64,000 nt of DNA from Klebsormidium nitens (Eukaryota > Plantae > Klebsormidiophyceae). Under the pieces are notes generated by a model, which saw only the letters and a program-made list of their open reading frames with translations, was not told the DNA's origin and ran no database searches. The stretch is from the NCBI GenBank assembly GCA_000708835.1, contig DF237216.1, positions 54,660-118,659 on the forward strand, given 5' to 3'. Below, piece by piece: positions 23,452 through 35,746 of this stretch. The stretch's first letter is position 1, and each line of letters begins with the position of its first letter. Position numbers and translations under genes: made by a program.

Positions 23452-24704
23452 GCCTCCCTCGGCCAGACGCCTTGGCCAGACGCAAGCATAAAATTCCAAG
23501 GATCTTTTCAAATGTATGAAGAGAAAGACTTCTTTTAGACACATTTCAGATGAGGGAATCAACTCGAAGACTCTAAGGAATGATACATTTGAATTATGAC
23601 TGATCCCTCTGCATTACCTGCTCCACACGGAGAAGAACTTCAAGCCTCCTGACGCTTGATGCCAGGCCAGAATACAACCTCAGAAATCAGAATAGCCTAT
23701 CAATTAAGGAAGCTCGGTCGTCCTTGGGCTGCCTGCATGTCACTACTTGGTACTTGCATGACAAACCTTGTACTTGGCATTTCCAATGCTGAGCGCAATT
23801 CCTTCCGATTCTTGAAGCAGACAAAAAGCACTCAAGCTTCAGTGCCCTTGCAATTCTTATGGACCGTATCATGAAAAGTCGAGCAACTCGGTCTTCCGAA
23901 CGGAAACGGATGCCCGTCGTCACTTTTGGCTTCTCGTCTTTGGGTCCACTTCCGGTTGTTTCTTTGCGTGCGGAACGTGTACTTCTTTGCTGACCGAGCG
24001 TCGTGAAGCTGATCTTAGAATCTCTGGACAGGTCCAGACACTCGCGGACAGAGGATACGCTAGCAACTGATTACAGCTCGATGATGACTGGGTAGGACAG
24101 CAGCCGTAAGAACCGTTTCCACGTGCTAAGCAGCTGCTGCAGAGCTTGATAGGATATAAAATGTTCTGAACACAGGCGCTTTTGCCTGGAATTTAATGCC
24201 TTACACGTGCATAAAAAACAATCCAAAATGCGCCTGGGCCCGGGGTTTGAAATGCGGCATCATGACGCACATTCGTCGCGGCCGCCTTGGCGCCCAAGGG
24301 GCGCCAGATGTGCTCGCGGCAGATTGTCACCAGATGGACGCCACATCTGCCACGCATCACTCACGCACCTGATATTTGTTGATTCACGTCATCGATTGAC
24401 GCCACTCATGCGCCCAACGAGCGTATGCCACGTATGCGCTAAGTGGGCGGAAACTTTCTATATTACTTTGGTGCCAATGGCAGTCAGGGACATGAGGACG
24501 TGTGGCGCCTAAAAAGCATCACTTAGCTGGGGGGTTACTTTGTGATGCAATCGTACATCGCACGAGAATCTCAACCGAGCACGGGCCATTTCACGTGCCC
24601 TTGGCCAGAGCGACATGGGCAACTTCGAGGACTTCGAGGTCACTGGTCTCAGGATTTTCAGAAGTAATAGCCATCAGTATCCGTGGAAACTGACAGGCGA
24701 TTGA

Positions 24705-27700
24705 TCACTTGTCGGAAGGCTTCGGCGTGGTCGGCGCAGGGGTGGTCGGGGCAGGGGTGGTCGGGGCAGAAGTGGTCGGGGCAGGGATGGTCGGGGCAGG
24801 GAGGATTGGGCTAGGGGCGGTCGGGAAAGGCGTCGCAAGCGCGGTCGTGTTTGCTGCACAGGTGCAAGGTTGCCTTTTAAGGGTCAGATGTTAGCCGCCC
24901 GTCAGCCGTTTGAGTGAATTCTGTCAATCTTCTTTTCGTGACAGCCTTCTCAGGAAGCAAAGGCGCGGATGGAAGACTTAGACTCTAAAGGTGTGGTTCG
25001 TTGATCTTCGACCATTTGAATGTAAGCGTGATGCGTGCGGCCCAATGAGTTGACAAGCTGCCTTAGAAAGACCGGATGAAGGCTGGCAGGACAAGACGTC
25101 AGTAGTGAGTAATCCCAAATCGCATCCGCTTCGCAGCAGACTCGAGTCCCTGATCGTGGGCTGCTCGCTTGTAGATTGTCGGGCAATACTAGAGCGGTCA
25201 GACTCTTGAAGATGCTTTCCTGTCCAGAAGGTCCGCCTTGGTTTGCTTACAAGGTTCATCAGAATTATGTGAGAACTTTAGGTTTAAGGAAGAGATAGCG
25301 TAGAACTTCCTCGGGAGGCAGCATCAGCCAAGCTGAAGCCTGAATACGTTTTGATATCGAGCTCAATCGACGAGCAGTGCAGGTTTCTGCCTTTGTCTAT
25401 ACCGCTCAAAGTTCTTCTCATCACTTTCATTGACGAGTCCCTCTGTAGTTGCAACAGGGGTAATGAGCATTCGGTTGATTTCTGATGTACTACACGAATC
25501 AATGTTTCGAAAATAAGATTCAAGTAGAATGTGCAAACCTTGAGAATTAGCTTGACACGCACTTACCAGGACACAAGCCAGCATTGGCTGTCGCTGTTGG
25601 GTAGATATTGATCACAGGAGCGCCGGTATAGTTGTATGCGCAATATACTGATGCTTTGAAGTCGGGGAACTGAGGCCCATACACGAACACAAAGTAGAGG
25701 CAGGCAGCCCCGTAGAAGGTAAGCGGGGGAGCCCCCCTGGGGTATGAGGCCAACAGAGGGCACGAGTTTGGAGCAACCGTTTCTGCAAACAGAGACATAC
25801 ACCGGGTTCGATTTACTCAAGCTGATTGAGAAATATAAATGGAGATGGAGTTGAAAAGAAATCCGCGAAGTGAATGTACTTCATAGCGCCAACAATGGTA
25901 ATGCAACGAGTGCCAAGTCAGAACCCCAGAAGCGGCCGCAGGTAGGCATTCAAGGACGAGGCGGAAGACGAAGCGAAGTGGAGTTCCTGGGTCCGTTTAG
26001 AAAGACTCGCTGATCAGAAGAACGGCTGGTTAGCCTAGCCCAACTCTGGGGGCCTATCCACCTGCCAGACAAGGGTTAGTTCTGGTGAGGCATCGTCTCT
26101 GAAGCATGCTGCAGGGAAAAAGTTTTGAGTCTGTGTTACATTGAAGCTAGGCTGCTACTCATTCTGCAGAGTATTTTCCGGCTGCACACTTAGAGGGTCG
26201 TACGTGGATCTAACACTACGTATGGTAAGACCGTTTCAAGATCAGATGAAAGAACATTGGGAACTTGTTTTAACTCCGAAGCTTCATCTACAAATAAGAT
26301 GGTTTGAAAAGTTTCACTCAGGAGGTCACCACTGGCACTGATCACAAACCCAGCAACGTTCAAAATTTCCCTGAAAACGTAAACGCTGAAACGGTAAGAA
26401 CGGTTCTGTGTTCAATAGCGCTTGGCTTTGATTGGAACACTATCGCCCAAACGGGTCCTCGATCGGCCCAAAACACTATAAGCGGACTGAACACAGTCCT
26501 AGGATGCAGGGTGACCTGGTGGTTTGTGTGGGTACGAGCTGCGCGGAGCAGGCAAACCTTTCTTCAGGTTATATATTAAGCGAGGTCTTATTGACGTTCA
26601 ATAGGCAGCTTATATCAACTTGATCGAGAAGGACGCGAAAACGGGACGGAGAGCAACTGGCGAGAGCAACTGAGAACTGACCGGGGCAGGCACCCGGGGG
26701 CGTTGGAGGATTTTGGAGGATACCGCTGGTGTCGTAAGTGCAGGGTACTACTCCGACGGGACGGCCGGGTAGAGTTGGATACGTGAAAAGGCAGTTTATC
26801 TGATTCCACGGTTGCCCTTGCAGCCGTTCAACGGGCGGGCACACGGACGTCCAGAGAGCTGCGGTTTCAACGGAAGACAAAATCAGGGTTAGTCGATGAT
26901 CAATGGTTCTTTTGGATTCATGCTTGATCGAAAGCGACGGAGTAAGCGGGCCGTTTCCAAATGCGGGAAAGATTCGGAGCGGCAGAATGCATAACGAAGC
27001 AGGAAGATAGAGGTATGATTGGTTTTGCGCGTGGAAAACTTCGATAGGGTCGGTCGTGTCCAACGGATGACAGAAAACGTGAGGATGCACTGGAGTCACT
27101 GCCGATAAGAGCCTTACCACGTCTGATACACCGGGGTAACTAAAAAGCTGAGCGCGTTTTCAGATTACGTCTTGAGGCCAAACCAACTTTGCGTCCGGCC
27201 GTGAAAGTATCAACTTAGAACCCAGCGTTCCAAGATTTAAAAAGGCTGAAGTACCCACGGGGTGTTGGTGTAGGTACCGGCATCGGAGAGAGTGTCAGTT
27301 GGGTCTGCAGTGGCTTGCGTTGGGCGACGCTGGTCGTGTGGCCGGGGACACTTCCCGGGCTCGAGAGAGAGTCTTGGTCGGACCCGGTTGCTATCACCTG
27401 GGCATGGCAGGAGGGATCAAGCATACTCTATTTTGCAGAAGTGTTTCTGGCAGAAGAAATTCAAATGTTAAAGGGTTTCGATACCAAGCTCGGTTGAGCT
27501 TGGCTCAATCTCCCTCCACTTTGAAGTCAGCTGGAGCTCCTTGATGCTTGTTTCATGCTTTTGAGTCTGAGCGGATCCTAAGGTGTCATGCTTCGAAGCA
27601 GAACAAATCGAAACAAGGACTGGATGTACCGTCATAAAAGGTACCTGGTATGAATCGTCGGCCCTTTGGAGCGCAGTAAGTTGGAGCGATGAGGTGCCAC

Positions 27701-28085
27701 AAACATTTTAAAGGAATGATGAGGCTGGCTAAGCGAAAGTGGAATCATTCTCATCTTGCCCATCATTCAGGGATCTACTACAAAGTTCCTTTGAAACCAG
27801 GATCCGGTAACATTTAAGCTTGACTATATCAGGAAGAGTTTGCAATATTAGGCATACCATACCAGGTTTACAAGTACTCCCGAGACACAGAAGAGTACCT
27901 TAGAGTTGACGGTTACAGATCACGCGACAAAAGAGGACGAAATTCATCTGTCTCACCTTACTCAGGTATAACATAAGAGATGTTTACAGAGATCGTTGAA
28001 GCCAAGTTCTCCTCACCTTGGACCTCTGAACAAGGAAGAAAAACAGGCAGACAAAGACAAGCGAGGAACAGTAGAGGAGCGCCAT
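24705..28085 (-). CDS. Secreted protein, 249 aa: signal peptide, two 4-Cys modules and a PAPTT mucin-like tail
   Basis: Exons 28017-28085 (MALLYCSSLVFVCLFFFLVQRSK), 27259-27397, 26682-26858, 25567-25782 and 24705-24853, with phases 0/1/1/1, GT-AG boundaries and no internal stops. Confidence 0.8.
24718..24832 (-). repeat. Coding 15-bp tandem repeat (PAPTT)
   Basis: ggggcaggggtggtc-type units on the + strand, translating on the - strand as PAPTIPAPTTSAPTTPAPTTPAPTTP. Confidence 0.9.
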
Positions 28086-28431
28086 GTACTACGCGCGCGC
28101 AGCCTAGCGGCGGCGCCCGGAAATGACGGAGAGGTGGCGCCTTGCTGAGGGAATGAAGTATCGATCAGGAGTGTGCGAAACAAGCGGACCGGGAAGGCAA
28201 AGTGAAAGACAAAGCTTGAAAGACGTGCAAGTGTTTATGCTCTGGCGAAAGACTCGCTGAGACAATCTGGGCGCCGGCCGAAATTCGGAGAACCTGGCAG
28301 GGACGACCCTCGTCAAATCACTCTTGCATTCGTCTACAAAGCAACCCCTCGAACCTGATCCATACCAGAACTACTTTCGGGCATCTGGTCTCAGCACAGA
28401 GGGACCGATCGATTTGTGGCTGTGGCTTGAC

Positions 28432-28473
28432 TCGAACTCCAAGGATGTGGATCGAACTCCAAGGATGTGGATC
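28432..28473 (+). repeat. Perfect 20-bp tandem duplication
   Basis: tcgaactccaaggatgtgga at 28432 and 28452. Confidence 0.9.
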
Positions 28474-28973
28474 TTCCGGTTGACGACTGAAAACTTCGAG
28501 GAGTCTCGACTCTTCTACAACCTGGCTAGGCTCCCGTTCAGAGACTAGGTAAGTTCCTGTGCAACACGCGTGCAATCCGCAGCTACTTCATCTTGTGACT
28601 CGTCTTAACCTTGTGCGATGATTGTTGAGGTCTCTATAAGAAGCCTTGGATTCCAAAAGTCATCAGCGTGGCAGGCGGTTAATAGTTACCCAGCAGCTAG
28701 AGATCCGAAAGAATCTGGATCGCAACCTGAAGCGCGCACTTTACGCGCGCTTGCCGCCGGCCGCAATAAACGGGCAACGCGCGTCGGCCTGCTTCAGCTT
28801 GTCGCGGCCGGCTGCAATTCGAACTTTGAAACCTGCAAACCCGCCGACCTGGGGCGCCCGCGGGCGGCTACGCGCCATAATATGCTGTTTCATCAGGTCG
28901 ATCCATCTTCTTCATTGCCAGATCATTCTACTTATCCCTAACGAAGAAATGAGTTTGTTCACATTGTAAGAAC

Positions 28974-29812
28974 ATGGGCCTTTCCTGCTCCTGCCCCGCT
29001 TATGCTGCAGCGCAATTGCTGACGGCGTTGCTCCGGAGGACGTGCATAAGGGCGAGAATCATGGTTCTTGCCAAGGCGCTGGAGCGCCGAAAGAAGAGAG
29101 AGCTGTAGCCGTGGATCTGAAGCCCGCTCCCAGCTCCGTCGTCATTTCTTGGGTCTTTGATGACGTCTTCAGGAGCAAGTGGGGACTGAGCAGAGAGGAG
29201 AAAGAAATGCGCGAAGTTCAGTTGGAGGCACATGCTGAGCGGCTGGGGAGTTGCTGGGAAATGCATGGTGACGATTTCACCAAGGCTTTTGCGGAGAAAC
29301 TCATGGCACGTGTAGAATCCATATTCTGCACAGACAGCCAGCTGAGGGAGGTTTATCCATTCCTTGTGGGGCTGTTTGGTGCTTGCACAGGCGGACTAAG
29401 CTTACACGTCACAAGGGGTTCGCAGGAGCTTTGGCCTTTTGTTTTGGAGGAGTTCCGCCGGAAGCACGAGCGGTTGGCTCGAGGAGTGGAATGGGCGGCA
29501 CCTGAAACAACGAACTGGCGGCATCAAATCCTCTGCGTCCTCCATCATCTGAATCACTACTCAATACTTTTTAGCAAAGAGGAGGGTTCTACCGAAGCGC
29601 CAAGCGATCTAAGAAGAGCAATCGGAAAAGTCAGATCAGAGCTGTTGATTGACCAGAACAAAGCAGAACAAGAGCAAGCGGACAAGAAGGCAAAAGAGGA
29701 AAGGGAAGCCAGAGAAGCGAAACTCAAGGCCAAACGACAGCAGTTCAAGGATTCCTTGAAAAGAGCGCCTTGGGACAAGGAAGTAGCTGTAACAGGCCAG
29801 GAGAAGCCGTAA
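28974..29812 (+). pseudogene. MGxxC...KAPWD family copy C, frameshifted near the 5' end
   Basis: Starts MGLSCSC. There are 62 nt from ATG to the GAG-GAC codons against 57 nt in copy D (+5). The remainder (ORF 29042-29812) is open and closely similar to copy D. Confidence 0.8.
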
Positions 29813-31501
29813 AGAAGACCAACTTGAAGAGAGTAGGGTAGGGAGTATGCTGTACACAGGAACAGCTAGAGATTGCTCATGACGAGCTGGCGCTTGAGGT
29901 CCTATCAGACCGGTCATCTTATTTTCCAATTGTGTCGAGCAGACGTATACAGCGCAGAATTTCCGTCAGCTTTGGACGGATTGAGATTGAATCATCGCAG
30001 CCGGCAATGGTGACGTACATGATGGGCATGCCGTAAAATTTTATGCCTCGCGGCTGTCCATGATGCACGCGTTGGACGTTGTAACCAGGTGCCAAATCGC
30101 TTTAATTTCACGGGTGCCCCTGCAACCCGGAACCGCATTGATTTTTACGTGCCACGTGCACAACGGATTCCTTGAGTTGCACACTTTCAGATCTTACGTT
30201 TCATATGCCAGTGCTAAACCGACCTTGGACGATGGATATTTATAAAAGGAATTGTATACTTTGATACTTATCCCCTAGAATAAGACCGCAAAGCTAAAAG
30301 CACGCACGGCTTTTGGCATATTGCTGCCTGAGTGGGCATCCGCAGACTGATGTGAAAACGTTCATTGCTGTCAAGGGTAGGCAGGAGGTGGGAGAAGTTA
30401 TTTGTCTAGATCTCAACGCATCGCAGAAAGTAGCGGCCAGCCTAGCCTGAACCTTTCTTCTCTTAAAGCGGTCGTTGCTAGAAGGGATGGATAGGCGTTA
30501 CTAAAAGAATCTTCGCGCACCCTTAAAAAAGTGCTCCAACTAATCCAAGAGAGTCCGCGAATCTTTTCAAATGTACAGAGGAACGTGTGCTTCAGACACT
30601 TTGTAGATCTGAGAATTAGCCTATAGGTTTCGAAATCTTACACGGGTTCTGAAACGAGCAGTCTGAGATTTCTGATTGACCCCTTAGCAATCTGAAATCG
30701 CTGATTGACCCTTGTAATTGCAGACTTGCTCCGTATGTGTACCAACTCCAAGCCCTATGACGTCGAACCCCAATAGACGCGAATACCAGACTTCGGATCG
30801 ATATTCAAAAAGAAAGCTCATGCGTCCACTTTTTGCCTGGTTGTCGATCCTGCTACCTGCATGTGAACGCTTGTGCATTGACCGTTTCCAGTGCTGAGTG
30901 CACTCCTTCCGACTTTGAATCAGATGCAAAACAGCTAAACGTGGGGTGCCCTTGCAGATTTTAGTGAATTGTATTGATGAATCTCGACCCCTTCGGCTTT
31001 TCCGAACGTACGTGGGTGAAAAGCTCTTTTTCGACTTTGACTTTCCGTCTTCGGGTCGATCCCCTTGGGGTCGAGAAACGGTTCACAGTTCTGCACGTCC
31101 AAAATTCGACGAGGCTAAAAATTCACAAGCAATTGAGCACATCTGCATGGAATGAACGGCTCAAAGAAAGGTTCCTTCGAGAACGAAGAGACAGATGTCC
31201 TGTCTGGTCCTGTCGGCACTCGCGCGGCCCGTTCGCGCTTGCGCAAACTGCGCGCGCACTTGCCGCCGCCGGCACAGCTGGGCAACCCGCGTCGGCCTGC
31301 TTGAGCTTGCCGCGCGCGGGGCCGCGGCCGTTGATCCTGCACTTTGAAACCTGCAAACCCGCCGTTTTGGGACGCCGCGGGCGGCTACGCGCCATTGTAT
31401 GCTGTTTCATCAGGTCGATCGGTCCATCTTCATCTTCAGAATTTTCAAGTTTCTATCCTCAACAAGCCGGAAGGGCGTGAGTTTGTTCACTTTCTACAAA
31501 C

Positions 31502-32353
31502 ATGGGCCTTTCCTGCTCTTCCTTGGGCGCTGGCGCGAAAAGTGACGTCATATCTCCAGAGGACCTGCATAAGAAGAACGTCCCTATTTCTTGCCAAGGC
31601 GCTAGTGCAGAGCCGAAAGCAGAGAAAACTGCAGCCGTGGATTTGAAGCCCACCCCCTCCGTCGTCATCTCTTGGGTCCTTGATGACGTTTTTAGAAACA
31701 CGTGGGAACTGAGCAGAGAGGAGGGAGAAATGCGTGAAGTTCAACTGGAGGCTCATGCAAATCGGCTGTGGAGTTGCTGGGAGATGCACGGCGACGAATT
31801 TGCTATGGCTTTTGCCGAGGAACTCATGGCACGTGTAGAATTCATAATGTGCTCAGACAGTCAGCTTAGAGAGGTCGCTCCTTTTCTTGTGGGGCTGTTT
31901 GGTGCCTGCACAAGCGGCCCAAGCCTCCACATCACAAGGGGTTCGCAGGAGCTTTGGCCTTTTGTTCTGGAGGAGATCCGTCGGAAAAACGAGCGGTTGG
32001 CCCATGGAGCGGAATGGGCGGCACCTGAAACAACGGACTGGCGGTACAAAATATCTAACTTTCTCTTTTATCTGAAGTACCACTTGATGCAATTTAGCGA
32101 AGGCGAACAGTCTACTGAAGCGTCAAGCGATCTGAGGAAAGCAATCGACAAGGTCACATCAGAGCTTAGGATGGAGCAGAAGAAAGCACAACAAGAGCAA
32201 GCGGACAGGAAAGCTGAAGCGAAAAGACTAGCTAAAGAAGCGGAGCTCAAGGCCAAAAGAGAGCAGTTCAAGGCCAAAAGACAGAGATTCAAAGATTGCT
32301 TGAAAAGAGCGCCTTGGGACAAGGAAGAAGTGGCGGGCGAGGAGAAGGCGTGA
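31502..32353 (+). CDS. MGxxC...KAPWD family copy D (intact, 283 aa, single exon)
   Basis: Continuous ORF MGLSCSSLGAGA...LKRAPWDKEEVAGEEKA carrying all family motifs. Confidence 0.9.
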   Translation: MGLSCSSLGAGAKSDVISPEDLHKKNVPISCQGASAEPKAEKTAAVDLKPTPSVVISWVLDDVFRNTWELSREEGEMREVQLEAHANRLWSCWEMHGDEFAMAFAEELMARVEFIMCSDSQLREVAPFLVGLFGACTSGPSLHITRGSQELWPFVLEEIRRKNERLAHGAEWAAPETTDWRYKISNFLFYLKYHLMQFSEGEQSTEASSDLRKAIDKVTSELRMEQKKAQQEQADRKAEAKRLAKEAELKAKREQFKAKRQRFKDCLKRAPWDKEEVAGEEKA

Positions 32354-33808
32354 GGAAGATTTGCATACCCAAAGAGAGGAGAGTAGCAGAATGCCATACG
32401 TAGGAAAGCTAGATTCTTCTGACGGCTTGTGGTCTTGCTAGCTAGAGTACCACTAGAAAGTATATTCTGCAATCATATAGTTATACGAAGCATGGCACAG
32501 TACGTACGGCGCAGATTTTTCCGTTCCAATTTGGTGGACAAAAAGTTGCACATCGATAAAGTTTGGTGCATGATGACGCCACTAGTGGGCATGAACTTGT
32601 CAGAGATCAGGCGATCAGGGCGGCACCCAACGTCTGATTGTCTCATAAGAATAGTGCCGACGTCGAAACCCCAAGCCTCATGGTCATGGCCATGATGACT
32701 TGCAATCTCCACCTGCGTTTAAATCTTTCTCGCGTTGTGCAGACTGGGATTTTGAGTCAACTTCAAGAATGCTTGCAATGTGGCCGAACAAAAATATCTC
32801 GAGAAATAAATTGTGTAATTGAGTGGAAATTAGTAATGCGCGAAAGTGAAAGCGTGCACGGCCGTCAGCCTGTCTCACCAGCCGTCGGGGTTACTTTCGC
32901 ATGGGCGGCTTGATAATACAAGGCTTCCTGTCATTTGATGTGCCAGGGGGACGGAGACGTGAACGCGGCAATGACATGTGGAGGCATCCTTGCCTGAGAT
33001 TTCAGATTCGCATTGGTCTACCATGCAAAAAACGATTAGTCTGGTCGAACCTGTACCACAGCAATTTACGTCTTCTTTTATAGAAAGGCGTTACATAAGC
33101 TTTGACTCTAGACCTCTTCAGACGAATCGAGAAACTGTTTAACCAACTCCACGCCAAGCCAGGTTCTTATCCTCCCCATCCATTTGATTGCTGCATGATG
33201 TCACGTTTTGGCGGTTGCAGCTAAGCGTGTCAGAATGCGTCTCTCAAAGCGTGACTCAAATGCGTCTCTCAGAGAGTAGTATCAGATGCCGAATAGCTCA
33301 GATCTAGGTGCCGTCACATTCAGATGACATGACATGGATCTGAAAGACTCGTTTGTGCCGGACGAACTATAAAAGAGATGATATCTTTCGCGCGCGGGAT
33401 CGGTTGAAGGCGTCGAAGGCGGTGGCCCCCTCGGGCTGGAATTGGGCACTCCGGCTTTCACGACATGTTGAAGGAGGTTCAGAAGCCGCAAACGACTCTG
33501 GAGCGAGTCTGTCCATATGCTTGGAATAGACGACCCTATTTAAAGGGTTTTTCAGGAGACAAAGATTACTTTTCCTTCTCGATCGAATTGGTTCTACACA
33601 TATCGCGCATTAAGGCGCGCACGCGCGCGCTCTGTCATGAGTGGGCCCGGGACTCCGCCGACTCGGGCCGCCCGCGGCCGACAAACGCGCCATGCCATCT
33701 GGTCGAAATCCGTCGATCTCGTCTCGTATTCGGATCAGTGTGTTCTTGAAGAAGCAAAATCAAACGCGTGATTTGTTTTTGTTTTTGTTCACCTTTCACG
33801 GGGTTAAC

Positions 33809-34574
33809 ATGGGCCTTTCTTGCTTCTGCTTGGGCGCTAGCGCGGGGTCTGCTGACGGCATAACTTCGGAGGGAAAGGAAGCCGCAGCCATAGCAGATCC
33901 AGCGCCCGCTCCCTCTGCCGTCATCTCATGGGTCCTAAGTGACGTCCTCACTAGTCCATTTCCAACCCGGTATCCAGCGGACGGATGCAGTGTGGCTGCT
34001 TGGTCAGTATGAGGCCCATGCAGAAAGGCTGAGAAGCTGCTGGAAGATGCACCCGAAGGATTTCCCCAAGTCTTTTGCCAATGAGCTGATGGTGTGTGTA
34101 CAAGCGGCGCACAATCAGCACTACCGCGGCCTCAGCAACCTCACTCATTTCCTGGTGCGGCTCTTTGCTGCTCGCCCAAGCGACCCAGACTTACACATCA
34201 CCAGAGGTTCGCACGAGCTTTGGCCTATCGTTTTTGAGGAGCTCCGCCGGAAGCACAAGCAGCTGGCCCGAGGAGCGGAATGGATGGCACCTGAAACGAC
34301 GAGCTGGCGGGAGAACGCTCTTGAGCCTTTTCTCCGTTATATGGAGTCCGCACTACCTAATCGCTACGAGGAAGTTCCGAGCCGTTTAAGAAACACAGTA
34401 GAAAAGCTCACAGCAGAGCTGTCGACTGAGCAGACAAGAGTGAGAGAAGCGCGGTACAAGGCCGAGAGGGAAGCTCAGGACGCGCAATACAAAGCCAAAC
34501 TGGAGCAGTTCAAGGCTTCTGTGAAAAAAGCGCCGTGGGACAATGGAGCATTGGCAGGCGAGGAGAAAGCATGA
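33809..34574 (+). pseudogene. MGxxC...KAPWD family copy E, frameshifted
   Basis: The MGLSCFCLGA frame stops at 34012. Homology resumes in another frame (YEAHAERLRSCW...VKKAPWDNG). WVL to EAH spans 82 nt, not a multiple of 3, and I found no GT-AG intron that restores the frame. Confidence 0.8.
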
Positions 34575-35746
34575 CGCAAATTAAACTTGAAACCTGGTGT
34601 AAGCCTGGAAAGAAGTAAACTGTTTCCATGAACAAACTATCTGTCATGACACTTGTGTCATTTGTGGAGCATATATCGCCATTATTCTTTGAGCATGGTA
34701 TCGTCAGAGCAGTGTCTGTTCAGCGTCGGTTGAAGGTTGGAAATAGCTGAGATGTGACGATAATCATGGTACGTTGTATAAGTGTTAGCGTGGGTCTTGA
34801 CGTAAGACATCTCGCTTACCGGTGTCTATGTACGGTATGCCATTAGATTTTTAGTCAAGAGACCATCGTGCATGACTTCAGGTCTTACATTCCGATTGGC
34901 TTGTTCATTGCGTAGTGCCATGCGCGCAGATCGGAACCTTTCGTATGTTGAAGATCTTACACATTTGCACAGGTCTGAACGTAGGCGCGTTTCAAGTGTA
35001 GTACGTATTCACGCCCGGCGATATCTTATGCAAACATTTGTACATATCAAGTTGATTTTCAATGGAAACAATTCAATGAATGCGCCACTGCTTTCAAACT
35101 TTGAATATATATGCGAACCGCGGCGGCCGGGGGGACCGGCTCGGCAGACTGCGGAGCCCTCACGTCAAAAGGCGGGTGCGTATAACCACAGGTCGGGCCT
35201 GCCAGATCGGATCAGCCGCCGTACTCACGTTGGCAAGCATCATATCTTGTACCACTGCCAGCCTACTAAGAATGGGCCCGAGGCTTCTCAATCTAGCTCA
35301 GCGACAATGACAATCTAAAGGCTTCTTTGCAAGCTTCGAGTTTAAGTCCGGTTTCATTGAAGACACGGCTGATTGTTTATCGCAGTTGCTTGTGATTATC
35401 TTCATACAGAGTCCACCGTTTTACATGAAATGGCTCCCTAACACATCGTTCTTTGACAAAAAGCACCCTAACGAAACTTTAGCACCGTTTCACCCGATTC
35501 GACTCGTGACCGCCATTTGGCCCTTGTTACACCGCTGGCAGTAAAGCTTAAAACGGCTTCCTATTCAAACTTTGCCTCTAGCTGTAAAGTGTTGCATATA
35601 GACATGTAACTTACACTTCGCGCTACACATGGGACACACGTAATCTCACAATGCCGCGATCTGGCACCTATTGACTCTCAAATGACGTTGTCTGACCTAT
35701 CAATCCACGACTAAGGCGCACTGGACGACGGAAACGCATCTTTTTC

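Noticed and set aside
34872-35318. 148-aa intergenic ORF
   Set aside because: No recognisable motif, homolog in the window or splice structure.
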